Assembly: GCA_964016885.1 (NCBI GenBank)
Contig: OZ024744.1
Coordinates: forward strand, 13,764,001 to 13,828,000
Source: Eledone cirrhosa
Lineage: Eukaryota
Length of the DNA stretch: 64,000 nucleotides
Direction of reading: 5' to 3'
Shown: positions 41,401 through 56,000 of the stretch, in pieces
Numbering within the stretch: the stretch's first letter is position 1
How the letters are laid out: each line of letters opens with the position of its first letter
Program-made: the position numbers and the translations under genes
Notes under the pieces: generated by a model
The model's input: only the letters and a program-made list of their open reading frames with translations
Databases searched by the model: none
What the model was told of the DNA's origin: nothing

Positions 41401-43620
41401 TAAAGCCACTAATTCTCTAAATTGAGAGATCACAACTCCCATACTATGGACATGTGGTTAGAATGTCTCAGTAGATCAGAGATGTCACTCCAGTTAAAGC
41501 CACTATCTAAATTGACAGATCACAACTTCCATACTATGGACATGTGGTTAGAATGTCTCAGTAGATCAGAGAGTCACTCCAGTTAAAGCTACTCTCTAAA
41601 TTGAGAGATCACAACTCCAATACTATGGACATGGGGTTAGAGTGTCTCAGTAGATCAGAGTGTCACTCCAGTTAAAGCTACTCTCTAAATTGAGAGATTA
41701 CAACTCCAATACTATGGACATGTGGTTAGAATGTCTCAGTAGATTAGAGAGTCACTCCAGTTAAAGCCACTCTCTAAATTGAGAGATCACAACTCCAATA
41801 CTATAGACATGTGGTTAGAATGTCTCAGTAGATCAGAGTGTCACTCCAGTTAAAGCTAATCTCTAAATTGAGAGATCACAACACCAATACTATGGACATG
41901 GGGTTTGAATGTCTCAGTAGATCAGAGTGTCACTCCAGTTAAAGCTACTCTCTAAATTGAGAGATCACAACTCCAATACTATGGACATGGGGTTTGAATG
42001 TCTCAGTAGATCAGAGAGTCACTTCAGTTAAAGCTACTCTCTAAATTGAGAGATCACAACTCTAATACTATGGACATGGGGTTTGAAAGTCTCAGTAGAT
42101 CAGAGTGTCACTCCAGTTAAAGCTTCTCTCTAAATTGAGAGATTACAACTCCAATACTATGGACATGGGGTTTGAATGTCTCAGTAGATCAGAGTGTCAC
42201 TCCAGTTAAAGCTAATCTCTAAATTGAGAGATCACAACTCCAATACTATGGACATGGGGTTTGAATGTCTCAGTAGATCAGAGTGTCACTCCAGTTAAAG
42301 CTACTCTCTAAATTGAGAGATCACAACTCCAATACTATGGACATGGGGTTTGAATGTCTCAGTAGATCAGAGAGTCACTTCAGTTAAAGCTACTCTCTAA
42401 ATTGAGAGATCACAACTCTAATACTATGGACATGGGGTTTGAAAGTCTCAGTAGATCAGAGTGTCACTCCAGTTAAAGCTACTCTCTAAATTGAGAGATT
42501 ACAACTCCAATACTATGGACATGTGGTTAGAATGTCTCAGTAGATTAGAGAGTCACTCCAGTTAAAGCCACTCTCTAAATTGAGAGATCATAAATTCCAT
42601 ACTATGGACATGTGGTTAGAATGTCTCAGTAGATCAGAGAGTCACTCCAGTTAAAGCCACTCTCTAAATTGAGAGATCACAACTCCAATACTATGGACAT
42701 GTGGTTAGAATGTCTCAGTAGATCAGAGAGTCACTCCAGTTAAAGCCACTCTCTAAATTGAGAGATCACAACTCCAATACTATGGACATGTGGTTAGAAT
42801 GTCTCAGTACATCAGAGTGTCACTCCAGTTAAAGCTACTCTCTAAATTGAGAGATTACAACTCCAATACTATGGACATGGGGTTTGAATGTCTCAGTAGA
42901 TCAGAGAGTCACTCCAGTTAATGCTACTCTCTAAATTGAGAGATCACAACTCCCATACTATGGACATGTGGTTAGAATGTCTCAGTAGATCAGAGAGTCA
43001 TTCCAGTTAAAGCCTCTCTCTAAATTGAGAGATCACAACTCCCATACTATGGACGTGTGGATAGAATGTCTCAGTAGATCAGAGAATCACTCCAGTTAAA
43101 GCTACTCTCTAAATTGAGAGATCACAACTCCCTAACTATGGACATGTGGTTAGAATGTCTCAGTAGATCAGAGAGTCACTCCAGTTAAAGCCACTCTCTA
43201 AATTGAGAGATCACAACACCCATACTCTGGACGTGTGGTTAGAATGTCTCAGTACATCAGAGAATCACTTCAGTTAAAACTACTCTCTAAATTGAGAGAT
43301 CACAACTCCCATACTATGGACATGTGGTTAGAATGTCTCAGTAGATCAGAGAGTCACTCCAGTTAAAGCCACTCTCTAAATTGAGAGATCACAACTCCCA
43401 TACTATGGACATGTGGTTAGAATGTCTCAGTAGATCAGAGAGTCACTCCAGTTAAAGCTACTCTCTAAATTGAGAGATCACAACTCCTATACTATGAACA
43501 TGGGGTTAGAATGTCTCAGTAGATCAGAGTGTCACTCCAGTTAAAGCCACTCTCTAAATTGAGAGATCACAACTCCCATACTATGGACATGTGGTTAGAA
43601 TGTCTCAGTAGATCAGAGAG
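38320..43620 (+). repeat. Nested duplications with offsets 4193 (47 monomers + 10), 1429 (16 monomers + 5) and 356 (4 monomers)
   Basis: CAACACCCAT at 39021 and 43214. ACTCTCTATATTG at 39801 and 41230. TCTAATAC at 42061 and 42417. Confidence 0.8.
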
Positions 43621-46600
43621 TCACTCCAGTTAAAGCTACTCTTTAAATTGAGAGATCACAGCTCCAATACTATGGACATGTGGTTAGAATGTCTCAGTAG
43701 ATCAGAGAGTCATTCCAGTTAAAGCCACTCTCTAAATTGAGAGATCACAACTCCCGTACTATGGACGTGTGGTTAGAATGTCTCAGTAGATCAGAGAATC
43801 ACTCCAGTTAAATCCACTCTCTAAATTGAGAGATCAAAACTCCCATACTATGGACATGTGGTTAGAATGTCTCAGTAGATCAGAGAGTCACTCCAGTTAA
43901 AGCTACTCTCTAAATTGAGAGATCACATCTCCCATACTATGGACATGTGGTTAGAATGTCTCAGTAGATCAGAGAGTCACTCTTGTTAAAGCTACTCTCT
44001 AAATTGAGAGATCACAACTCCCATACTATGGACATGTGGTTAGAATGTCTCAGTAGATCAGAGAGTCACTCCAGTTAAAGCTACTCTCTAAATTGAGAGA
44101 TCACAACTCCAATACTATGGACATGGGGTTAGAGTGTCTCAGTAGATCAGAGTGTCACTCCAGTTAAAGCTACTCTCTAAATCGAGAGATCACAACTCCA
44201 ATACTATGGACATGGGGTTTGAATGTCTCAGTAGATCAGAGAGTCACTTCAGTTAAAGCTACTCTCTAAATTGAGAGATCACAAATCTAATACTATGGAC
44301 ATGGGGTTTGAAAGTCTCAGTAGATCAGAGTGTCACTCCAGTTAAAGCCACTCTCTAAGTTGAGAGATCATAACTTCCATACTATTGACATGTGGTTAGA
44401 ATGTCTCAGTAGATCAGAGAGTCACTCCAGTTAAAGCCACTCTCCAAATTGAGAGATCACAACTCCAATACTATGGACATGGGGTTTGAATGTCTCAGTA
44501 GATCAGAGAATCACTCCAGTTAAAGCTACTCTCTAAATTGAGATATCACAACTCCAATACTATGGACATGGGGTTTGAAAGTCTCAGTAGATCAGAGTGT
44601 CACTCCAGTTAAAGCTACTCTCTAAATTGAGAGATTACAACTCCAATACTATGGACATGGGATTTGAATGTCTCAGTAGATCAGAGAGTCACTCCAGTTA
44701 AAGCTACTCTCTAAATTGAGAGATCACAACTCCAATACTATGGACATGGGGTTTGAAAGTCTCAGTAGATCAGAGTGTCACTCCAGTTAAAGCTACTCTC
44801 TAAATTGAGAGATTACAACTCCAATACTATGGACATGGGGTTTGAAAGTCTCAGTAGATCAGAGTGTCACTCCAGTTAAAGCTACTCTCTAAATTGAGAG
44901 ATCACAACTCCAATACTATGGACATGTGATTAGAATGTCTCAGTAGATTAGAGAGTCACTCCAGTTAAAGCCACTCTCTAAATTGAGAGATCACATCTCC
45001 AATACTATGGTCATGTGGTTAGAAAGTCTCAGTAGATCAGAGTGTCACTCCAGTTAAAGCTAATCTCTAAATTGAGAGATCACAACTCCAATACTATGGA
45101 CATGGGGTTTGAATGTCTCAGTAGATCAGAGTGTCACTCCAGTTAAAGCTACTCTCTAAATTGAGAGATCACAACTCCAATACTATGGACATGGGGTTTG
45201 AATGTCTCAGTAGATCAGAGAGTCACTTCAGTTAAAGCTACTCTCTAAATTGAGAGATCACAACTCCAATAATATGGACATGGGGTTTGAAAGTCTCAGT
45301 AGATCAGAGTGTCACTCCAGTTAAAGCTACTCTCTAAATTGAGAGATTACAACTCCAATACTATGGACATGTGGTTAGAATGTCTCAGTAGATTAGAGAG
45401 TCACTTCAGTTAAAGCTACTCTCTAAATTGAGAGATCACAACTCCAATACTATGGACATGTGGTTAGAATGTCTCAGTAGATCAGAGTGTCACTCCAGTT
45501 AAAGCCACTCTCTAAATTGAGAGATCATAACTTCCATACTATGGACATGTGGTTAGAATGTCTCAGTAGATAAGAGAGTCACTCCAGTTAAAGCCACTCT
45601 CTAAATTGAGAGATCACAACTCCAATACTATGGTCATGTGGTTAGAATGTCTCAGTAGATCAGAGAGTCACTCCAGTTAAAGCCACTCTCTAAATTGAGA
45701 GATCACAACTCGAATACTATGGACATGGGGTTTGAATGTCTCAGTACATCAGAGTGTCACTCCATTTAAAGTTACTCTGTAAAGTGAGAGATCACAACTC
45801 CAAAACTATGGACATGGGGTTTGAAAGTCTCAGTAGATCAGAGAGTCACTCCAGTTAAAGCCACTCTCTAAATTGAGAGATCACAACTCCAATACTATGG
45901 ACATGTGGTTAGAATGTCTCAGTAGATCAGAGTGTCACTCCAGTTAAAGCCACTCTCTAAATTGACAGATCACAACTTCCATACTATGGACATGTGGTTA
46001 GAATGTCTCAGTAGATCTGAGAGTCACTCCAGTTAAAATCACTCTCTAAAATGAGAGATCACAACTCCAATACTATGGTCATGTGGTTAGAATGTCTCAG
46101 TAGATCAGAGAGTCACTCCAGTTAAAGCCACTCTCTAATTTGAGAGATCACAACTCCCATACTATGGAGATGTGGGTAGAATGTCTCAGTAGATCAGAGA
46201 GTCACTCCAGTTAAAGCCACTAATTCTCTAAATTGAGAGATCACAACTTCCATACTATGGACATGTGGTTAGAATGTCTCAGTAGATCAGAGAGTCACTC
46301 CAGTTAAAGCCACTCTCTAAATTGAGAGATCACAACTCCAATACTATGGACATGTGGTTAGAATGTCTCAGTAGATCAGAGTGTCACTCCAGTTGAAGCT
46401 ACTCTCTAAATTGAGAGATTACAACTCCAATACTATGGACGTGGGGTTTGAATGTCTCATTAGATCAGAGAGTCACTCCTGTTAAAGCTACTCTCTAAAT
46501 TGAGAGATCACAACTCCCATACTATGGACATGTGGTTAGAATGTCTCAGTAGATCAGAGAGTCATCCCAGTTAAAGCCACTCTCTAAATTGAGAGATAAC

Positions 46601-49600
46601 AACTCCCATATTATGGACGTGTGGTTAGAATGTCTCAGTAGATGAGAGAGTCACTCCAGTTAAAGCCACTCTCTAAATTGAGAGATCACAACTCCCATAC
46701 TCTGGACGTGTGGTTAGAATGTCTCAGTACATCAGAGAATCACTCCAGTTAAAACTACTCTCTAAATTGAGAGATCACAACTCCCATACTATGGACATGT
46801 GATTAGAATGTCTCAGTAGATCAGAAAGTCACTCCAGTTAAAGCTACTCTCTAAATTGAGAGATCACAACTCCCATACTATGGACATGTGGCTAGAATGT
46901 CTCAGTAGATCAGAGAGTCACTCCAGTTAAAGCCACTCTCTAAATTGAGAGATCACAACTCCCATACTATGGACATGTGGTTAGAATGTCTCAGTAGATC
47001 AGAGTGTCACTCCAGTTAAAGCCACTCTCTAAATTGAGAGATCAAAACTCCCATACTATGGACATGTGGTTAGAATGTCTCAGCAGATCAGAGAGTCACT
47101 CCAGTTAAAGCCACTCTCTAAATTGAGAGATCACAACTCCCATACTATGGACATGTGGTTAGAATGTCTCAGTAGATCAGAGAGTCACTTCAGTTAAAGC
47201 TACTCTATAAATTGAGAGATCACAACTCCAATACTATGGACATGTGGTTAGAATGTGTCAGTAGATCAGAGAATCATTCCAGTTAAAGCCACTCTCTAAA
47301 TTGAGAGATCACAACTCCCGTACTATGGACGTGTGGTTAGAATGTCTCAGTAGATCAGAGAATCACTCCAGTTAAAGCTACACTCTAAATTGAGAGATCA
47401 CATCTCCCATACTATGGACATGTGGTTAGAATGTCTCAGTAGATCAGAGAGTCACTCCAGTTAAAGCCACTAATTCTCTAAATTGAGAGATCACAACTCC
47501 CATACTATGGACATGTGGTTAGTATGTCTCAGTAGATCAGAGAGTCACTCCAGTTAAAGCCACTCTCTAAATTGACAGATCACAACTTCCATACTATGGA
47601 CATGTGGTTAGAATGTCTCAGTAGATCAGAGAGTCACTCCAGTTAAAGCTACTCTCTAAATTTAGAGATCACAACTCCAATACTATGGACATGGGGTTTG
47701 ATTGTCTCAGTAGATCAGAGTGTCACTCCAGTTAAAGCTACTCTCTAAATTGAGAGGTCACAACTCCAATACTATGGACATGGGGTTTGAAAGTCTCAGT
47801 AGATCAGAGTGTCACTCCAGTTAAAGCTACTCTCTAAATGGAGAGATTACAACTCCAATACTATGGACATGTGGTTAGAATGTCTCAGTAGATTAGAGAG
47901 TCACTCCAGTTAAAGCCACTCTCTAAATTGAGAGATCACAACTCCAATACTATGGACATGTGGTTAGAATGTCTCAGGAGATCAGAGTGTCACTCCAGTT
48001 AAAGCTAATCTCTAAATTGAGAGATCACAACTCCAATACTATGGACATGGGGTTTGAATGTCTCAGTAGATCAGAGTGTCACTCCAGTTAAAGCTACTCT
48101 CTAAATTGAGAGATCACAACTCCAATACTATGGACATGGGGTTTGAATGTCTCAGTAGATCAGAGAGTCACTTCAGTTAAAGCTACTCTCTAAATTGAGA
48201 GATCACAACTCCAATACTATGGACATGGGGTTTGAAAGTCTCAGTAGATCAGAGTGTCAGTCCAGCTACAGCTACTCTCTAAATTGAGAGATTACAACTC
48301 CAATACTATGGACATGTGGTTAGAATGTCTCAGTAGATTAGAGAGTCACTCCAGTTAAAGCCACTCTCTAAATTGAGAGATCACAACTCCAATACTATGG
48401 ACATGTGGTTAGAACGTCTCTGTAGATCAGAGTGTCACTCCAGTTAAAGCCACTCTCTAAATTGAGAGATCATAACTTCCATACTATGGACATGTGGTTA
48501 GAATGTCTCAGTAGATCAGAGAGTCACTCCAGTTAAAGCCACTCTCTAAATTGAGAGATCACAACTCCAATACTGTGGTTATGTGGTTAGAATGTCTCAG
48601 TAGATCAGAGAGTCACTCCAGTTAAAGCCACTCTCTAAATTGAGAGATCACAACTCCAATACTATGGACATGGGGTTTGAATGTCTCAGTACATCAGAGT
48701 GTCACTCCAGTTAAAGTTACTCTCTAAATTGAGAGATCACAACTCCAATACTATGGACATGGGGTTTGAATGTCTAAGTAGATCAGAGAATCACTCCAGT
48801 TAAAGCTACTCTCTAAATTGAGAGATCACAACTCCAATACTATGGACATGGGGTTTGAAAGTCTCAGTAGATCAGAGTGTCACTCCAGTTAAAGCTACTC
48901 TCTAAATTGAGAGATTACCACTCCAATACTATGGACATGGGGTTTGAATGTCTCAGTAGATCAGAGAGTCACTCCAGTTAAAGCTACTCTCTAAATTGAG
49001 AGATCACAACTCCAATACTATGGACATGGGGTTTAAAAGTCTCAGTAGATCAGAGTGTCACTCCAGTTAAAGCTACTCTCTAAATTGAGAGATTACAACT
49101 CCAATACTATGGACATGGGGTTTGAATGTCTCAGTAGATCAGAGTGTCACTCCAGTTAAAGCTACTCTCTAAATTGAGAGATCACAACTCCAATACTATG
49201 GACATGGGGTTTGAATGTCTCAGTAGATCAGAGAGTCACTTCAGTTAAAGCTACTCTCTAAATTGAGAGATCACAACTCCAATACTATGGACATGGGGTT
49301 TGAAAGTCTCAGTAGATCAGAGTGTCACTCCAGTTAAAGCTACTCTCTAAATTGAGAGATTACAACTCCAATACTATGGACATGGGGTTTGAAAGTCTCA
49401 GTAGATCAGAGTGTCACTCCAGTTAAAGCTACTCTCTAAATTGAGAGATTACAACTCCAATACTATGGACATGTGGTTAGAATGTCTCAGTAGATTAGAG
49501 AGTCACTCCAGTTAAAGCCACTCTCTAAATTGAGAGATCACAACTCCAATACTATGGACATGTGATTAGAATGTCTCAGTAGATTAGAGAGTCACTCCAG

Positions 49601-50099
49601 TTAAAGCCACTCTCTAAATTGAGAGATCACGACTCCAATACTATGGACATGTGGTTAGAAAGTCTCAGTAGATCAGAGTGTCACTCCAGTTAAAGCTACT
49701 CTCTAAATTGAGAGATTACAACTCCAATACTATGGACATGTGGTTAGAATGTCTCAGTAGATTAGAGAGTCACTCCAGTTAAAGCCACTCTCTAAATTGA
49801 GAGATCACAACTCCAATACTATGGACATGTGATTAGAATGTCTCAGTAGATTAGAGAGTCACTCCAGTTAAAGCCACTCTCTAAATTGAGAGATCATAAC
49901 TTCCATACTATGGTCATGTGGTTAGAATGTCTCAGTAGATCAGAGTGTCACTCCAGTTAAAGCTAATCTCTAAATTGAGAGATCACAACTCCAATACTAT
50001 GGACATGGGGTTTGAATGTCTCAGTAGATCAGAGTGTCACTGCAGTTAAAGCTACTCTCTAAATTGAGAGATCACAACTCCAATACTATGGACATGGGG

Positions 50100-53000
50100 T
50101 TTGAATGTCTCAGTAGATCAGAGAGTCACTTCAGTTAAAGCTACGCTCTAAATTGAGAGATCACAACTCCAATACTATGGACATGGGGTTTGAAAGTCTC
50201 AGTAGATCAGAGTGTCACTCCAGTTAAAGCTACTCTCTAAATTGAGAGATTACAACTCCAATACTATGGACATGTGGTTAGAATGTCTCAGTAGATCAGA
50301 GTGTCACTCCAGTTAAAGCTACTCTCTAAATTGAGAGATTACAACTCCAATACTTTGGACGTGGGGTTTGAATGACTCAGTAGCTCAGAGAGTCACTCCA
50401 GTTAAAGCTACTCTCTAAATTGAGAGATCACAACTCCCAAACTATGGACATGTGGTTAGAATGTCTCAGTAGATCAGAGAGTCATTCCAGTTAAAGCCAC
50501 TCTCTAAATTCAGAGATCACAACTCCCATACTCTGGACGTGTGGTTAGAATGTCTCAGTACATCAGAGAATCACTCCAGTTAAAACTACTCTCTAAATTG
50601 AGAGATCACAACTCCCATACTATGGACATGTGATTAGAATGTCTCAGTAGATCAGAGAGTCACTCCAGTTAAAGCTACTCTCTAAATTGAGAGATCACAA
50701 CTCCCATACTATGGACATGTGGTTAGAATGTCTCAGTAGATCAGAGAGTCATTCCAGTTAAAGCCACTCTCTAAATTGAGAGATCACAACTCCCGTACTA
50801 TGGACGTGTGGTTAGAATGTCTCAGTAGATCAGAGAATCACTCCAGTTAAAGCTACACTCTAAATTGAGAGATCACATCTCCCATAATTTGGACATGTGG
50901 TTAGAATGTCTCAGTAGATCAGAGAGTCACTCTTGTTAAAGCTACTCTCTAAATTGAGAGATCACAACTCCTATACTATGGACATGGGGTTAGAATGTCT
51001 CAGTAGATCAGAGTGTCACTCTAGTTAAAGCCACTCTCTAAATTGAGAGATCACAACTCCCAAACTATGGACATGTCGTTAGAATGTCTCAGTAGATCAG
51101 AGAGTCACTCCAGTTAAAGCTAATCTCTAAATTGAGAGATCACAACTCCAATGCTATGGACATGGGGTTTGAATGTCTCAGTAGATCAGAGAGTCGCTCA
51201 AGTTAAAGCCACTCTCTAAATTGAGAGATCACAACTCCAATACTATGGACATGTGGTTAGAATGTCTCAGTAGATCAGAGAGTCACTCTTGTTAAAGCTA
51301 CTCTCTAAATTGAGAGATCACAACTGCTATACTATGGACATGGGGTTAGAATGTCTCAGTAGATCAGAGTGTCACTCCAGTTAAAGCCACTCTCTAAATT
51401 GAGAGATCACAACTCCCAAACTATGGACATGTCGTTAGAATGTCTCAGTAGATCAGAGAGTCACTCCAGTAAAAGCCACTCTCTAAATAGAGAGATCACA
51501 ACTCCAATACTATGGACATGGTGTTTGAAAGTCTCAGTAGATTAGAGTGTCACTCCAGTTAAAGCTACTCTCTAAATTTAGAGATCACAACTCCAATACT
51601 ATGGACATGGGGTTTGAATGCCTCAGTAGATCAGAGAGTCGCTCAAGTTAAAGCCACTCTCTAAATTGAGAGATCACAACTCCCATACTATGGACATGTG
51701 GGTAGAATGTCTCAGTAGATCAGAGAGTCACTCCAGTTAAAGCCACTAATTCTCTAAATTGAGAGATCACAACTTCCATACTATGGACATGTGGTTAGAA
51801 TGTCTCAGTAGATCAGAGAGTCACTCTTGTTAAAGCTACTCTCTAAATTGAGAGATCACAACTCCTATACTATGGACATGTGGTTAGAATGTCTCAGTAG
51901 ATCAGAGTTCACTCCAGTTAAAGCCACTCTCTAAATTGAGAGATCACAACTCCTATACTATGGACATGGGGTTTGAATGTCTCAGTAGATTAGAGAGTCA
52001 CTCCATTTAAAGCCACTCTCTAAATTGAGAGATCACAACTCCAATACTATGGACATGTGATTAGAATGTCTCAGTAGATTAGAGAGTCACTCCAGTTAAA
52101 GCCACTCTCTAAATTGAGAGATCACAACTCGAATACTATGGACATGGGGTTTGAACGTCTCAGTACATCAGAGTGTCACTCCAGTTAAAGTTACTCTCTA
52201 AATTGAGAGATCGCAACTCCAATACTATGGACATGTGGTTAGAATGTCTCAGTAGATCAGAGTGTCACTCCAGTTAAAGCTACTTTCTAAATTGAGAGAT
52301 TACAACTCCAATACTATGGACGTGGGGTTTGAATGACTCAGTAGCTCAGAGAGTCACTCCAGTTAAAGCTACTCTCTAAATTGAGAGATCACAACTCCCA
52401 AACTATGGACATGTGGTTAGAATGTCTCAGTAGATCAGAGAGTCATTCCAGTTAAAGCCACTCTCTAAATTCAGAGATCACAACTCCCATACTCTGGACG
52501 TGTGGTTAGAATGTCTCAGTACATCAGAGAATCACTCCAGTTAAAACTACTCTCTAAATTGAGAGATCACAACTCCCATACTATGGACATGTGATTAGAA
52601 TGTCTCAGTAGATCAGAAAGTCACTCCAGTTAAAGCTACTCTCTAAATTGAGAGATCACAACTCCCATACTATGGACATGTGGTTAGAATGTCTCAGTAG
52701 ATCAGAGAGTCACTCCAGTTAAAGCCACTCTCTAAATTGAGAGATCACAACTCCCATACTATGGACATGTGGTTAGAATGTCTCAGTTGATCAGAGTGTC
52801 ACTCCAGTTAAAGTTACTCTCTAAATTGAGAGATCACAACTCCAATACTATGGACATGGGGTTTGAATGTCTCAGTAGATCAGAGAGTCACTCCATTTAA
52901 AGCCACTCTCTAAATTGAGAGATCACAACTCCAATAATATGGACATGTGGTTAGAATGTCTCAGTAGATCAGAGTGTCACTCCAGTTAAAGCTACTCTCT

Positions 53001-56000
53001 AAATTGGGAGATTACAACTCCAATACTATGGACATGGGTTTTGAATGTCTCTGTAGATCAGAGAGTCACTCCAGTTAAAGCTACTCTCTAAATTGAGAGA
53101 TCACAACTCCCATACTATGGACATGTGGTTAGAATGTCTCAGTAGATCAGAGAGTCATTCCAGTTAAAGCCACTCTCTAAATTGAGAGATCACAACTCCC
53201 ATACTATGGACGTGTGGTTAGAATGTCTCAGTAGATCAGAGAATCACTCCAGTTAAAGCTACTCTCTAAATTGAGAGATCACAACTCCCTAACTATGGAC
53301 ATGTGGTTAGAATGTCTCAGTAGATCAGAGAGTCACTCCAGTTAAAGCCACTCTGTAAATTGAGAGATCACAACTCCCAATACTCTGGACGTGTGGTTAG
53401 AATGTCTCAGTACATCAGAGAATCACTCCAGTTAAAACTACTCTCTAAATTGAGAGATCACAACTCCCATACTATGGACATGTGGTTAGAATGTCTCAGT
53501 AGATTAGCGTGTCATTCCAGTTAAAGCTACTCTCTAAATTGAGAGATCACAACTCCCATACTATGGACATGTGGTTAGAATGTCTCAGTAGATCAGAGTG
53601 TCACTCCAGTTAAAGCCACTCTCTAAATTGAGAGATCACAACTCCCATACTATGGACATGTGGTTAGAATGTCTCAGCAGATCAGAGAGTCACTCCAGTT
53701 AAAGCCACTCTCTAAATTGAGAGATCACAACTCCAATACTATGGACATGTGGTTAGAATGTCTCAGTAGATCAGAGACTCATTCCAGTTAAAGCCACTCT
53801 CTAAATTGAGAGATCACAACTCCCGTACTATGGACGTGTGGTTAGAATGTCTCAGTAGATCAGAGAATCACTCCAGTTAAAGCTACACTCTAAATTGAGA
53901 GATCACATCTCCCATAATATGGACATGTGGTTAGAATGTCTCAGTAGATCAGAGAGTCACTCCAGTAAAAGCCACTCTCTAAATAGAGAGATCACAACTC
54001 CAATACTATGGACATGGTGTTTGAAAGTCTCAGTAGATTAGAGTGTCACTCCAGTTAAAGCTACTCTCTAAATTTAGAGATCACAACTCCAATACTATGG
54101 ACATGGGGTTTGAATGCCTCAGTAGATCAGAGAGTCGCTCAAGTTAAAGCCACTCTCTAAATTGAGAGATCACAACTCCCATACTATGGACATGTGGGTA
54201 GAATGTCTCAGTAGATCAGAGAGTCACTCCAGTTAAAGCCACTAATTCTCTAAATTGAGAGATCACAACTTCCATACTATGGACATGTGGTTAGAATGTC
54301 TCAGTAGATCAGAGAGTCACTCTTGTTAAAGCTACTCTCTAAATTGAGAGATCACAACTCCTATACTATGGACATGTGGTTAGAATGTCTCAGTAGATCA
54401 GAGTTCACTCCAGTTAAAGCCACTCTCTAAATTGAGAGATCACAACTCCTATACTATGGACATGGGGTTTGAATGTCTCAGTAGATTAGAGAGTCACTCC
54501 ATTTAAAGCCACTCTCTAAATTGAGAGATCACAACTCCAATACTATGGACATGTGATTAGAATGTCTCAGTAGATTAGAGAGTCACTCCAGTTAAAGCCA
54601 CTCTCTAAATTGAGAGATCACAACTCGAATACTATGGACATGGGGTTTGAACGTCTCAGTACATCAGAGTGTCACTCCAGTTAAAGTTACTCTCTAAATT
54701 GAGAGATCGCAACTCCAATACTATGGACATGTGGTTAGAATGTCTCAGTAGATCAGAGTGTCACTCCAGTTAAAGCTACTTTCTAAATTGAGAGATTACA
54801 ACTCCAATACTATGGACGTGGGGTTTGAATGACTCAGTAGCTCAGAGAGTCACTCCAGTTAAAGCTACTCTCTAAATTGAGAGATCACAACTCCCAAACT
54901 ATGGACATGTGGTTAGAATGTCTCAGTAGATCAGAGAGTCATTCCAGTTAAAGCCACTCTCTAAATTCAGAGATCACAACTCCCATACTCTGGACGTGTG
55001 GTTAGAATGTCTCAGTACATCAGAGAATCACTCCAGTTAAAACTACTCTCTAAATTGAGAGATCACAACTCCCATACTATGGACATGTGATTAGAATGTC
55101 TCAGTAGATCAGAAAGTCACTCCAGTTAAAGCTACTCTCTAAATTGAGAGATCACAACTCCCATACTATGGACATGTGGTTAGAATGTCTCAGTAGATCA
55201 GAGAGTCACTCCAGTTAAAGCCACTCTCTAAATTGAGAGATCACAACTCCCATACTATGGACATGTGGTTAGAATGTCTCAGTTGATCAGAGTGTCACTC
55301 CAGTTAAAGTTACTCTCTAAATTGAGAGATCACAACTCCAATACTATGGACATGGGGTTTGAATGTCTCAGTAGATCAGAGAGTCACTCCATTTAAAGCC
55401 ACTCTCTAAATTGAGAGATCACAACTCCAATAATATGGACATGTGGTTAGAATGTCTCAGTAGATCAGAGTGTCACTCCAGTTAAAGCTACTCTCTAAAT
55501 TGGGAGATTACAACTCCAATACTATGGACATGGGTTTTGAATGTCTCTGTAGATCAGAGAGTCACTCCAGTTAAAGCTACTCTCTAAATTGAGAGATCAC
55601 AACTCCCATACTATGGACATGTGGTTAGAATGTCTCAGTAGATCAGAGAGTCATTCCAGTTAAAGCCACTCTCTAAATTGAGAGATCACAACTCCCATAC
55701 TATGGACGTGTGGTTAGAATGTCTCAGTAGATCAGAGAATCACTCCAGTTAAAGCTACTCTCTAAATTGAGAGATCACAACTCCCTAACTATGGACATGT
55801 GGTTAGAATGTCTCAGTAGATCAGAGAGTCACTCCAGTTAAAGCCACTCTGTAAATTGAGAGATCACAACTCCCAATACTCTGGACGTGTGGTTAGAATG
55901 TCTCAGTACATCAGAGAATCACTCCAGTTAAAACTACTCTCTAAATTGAGAGATCACAACTCCCATACTATGGACATGTGGTTAGAATGTCTCAGTAGAT

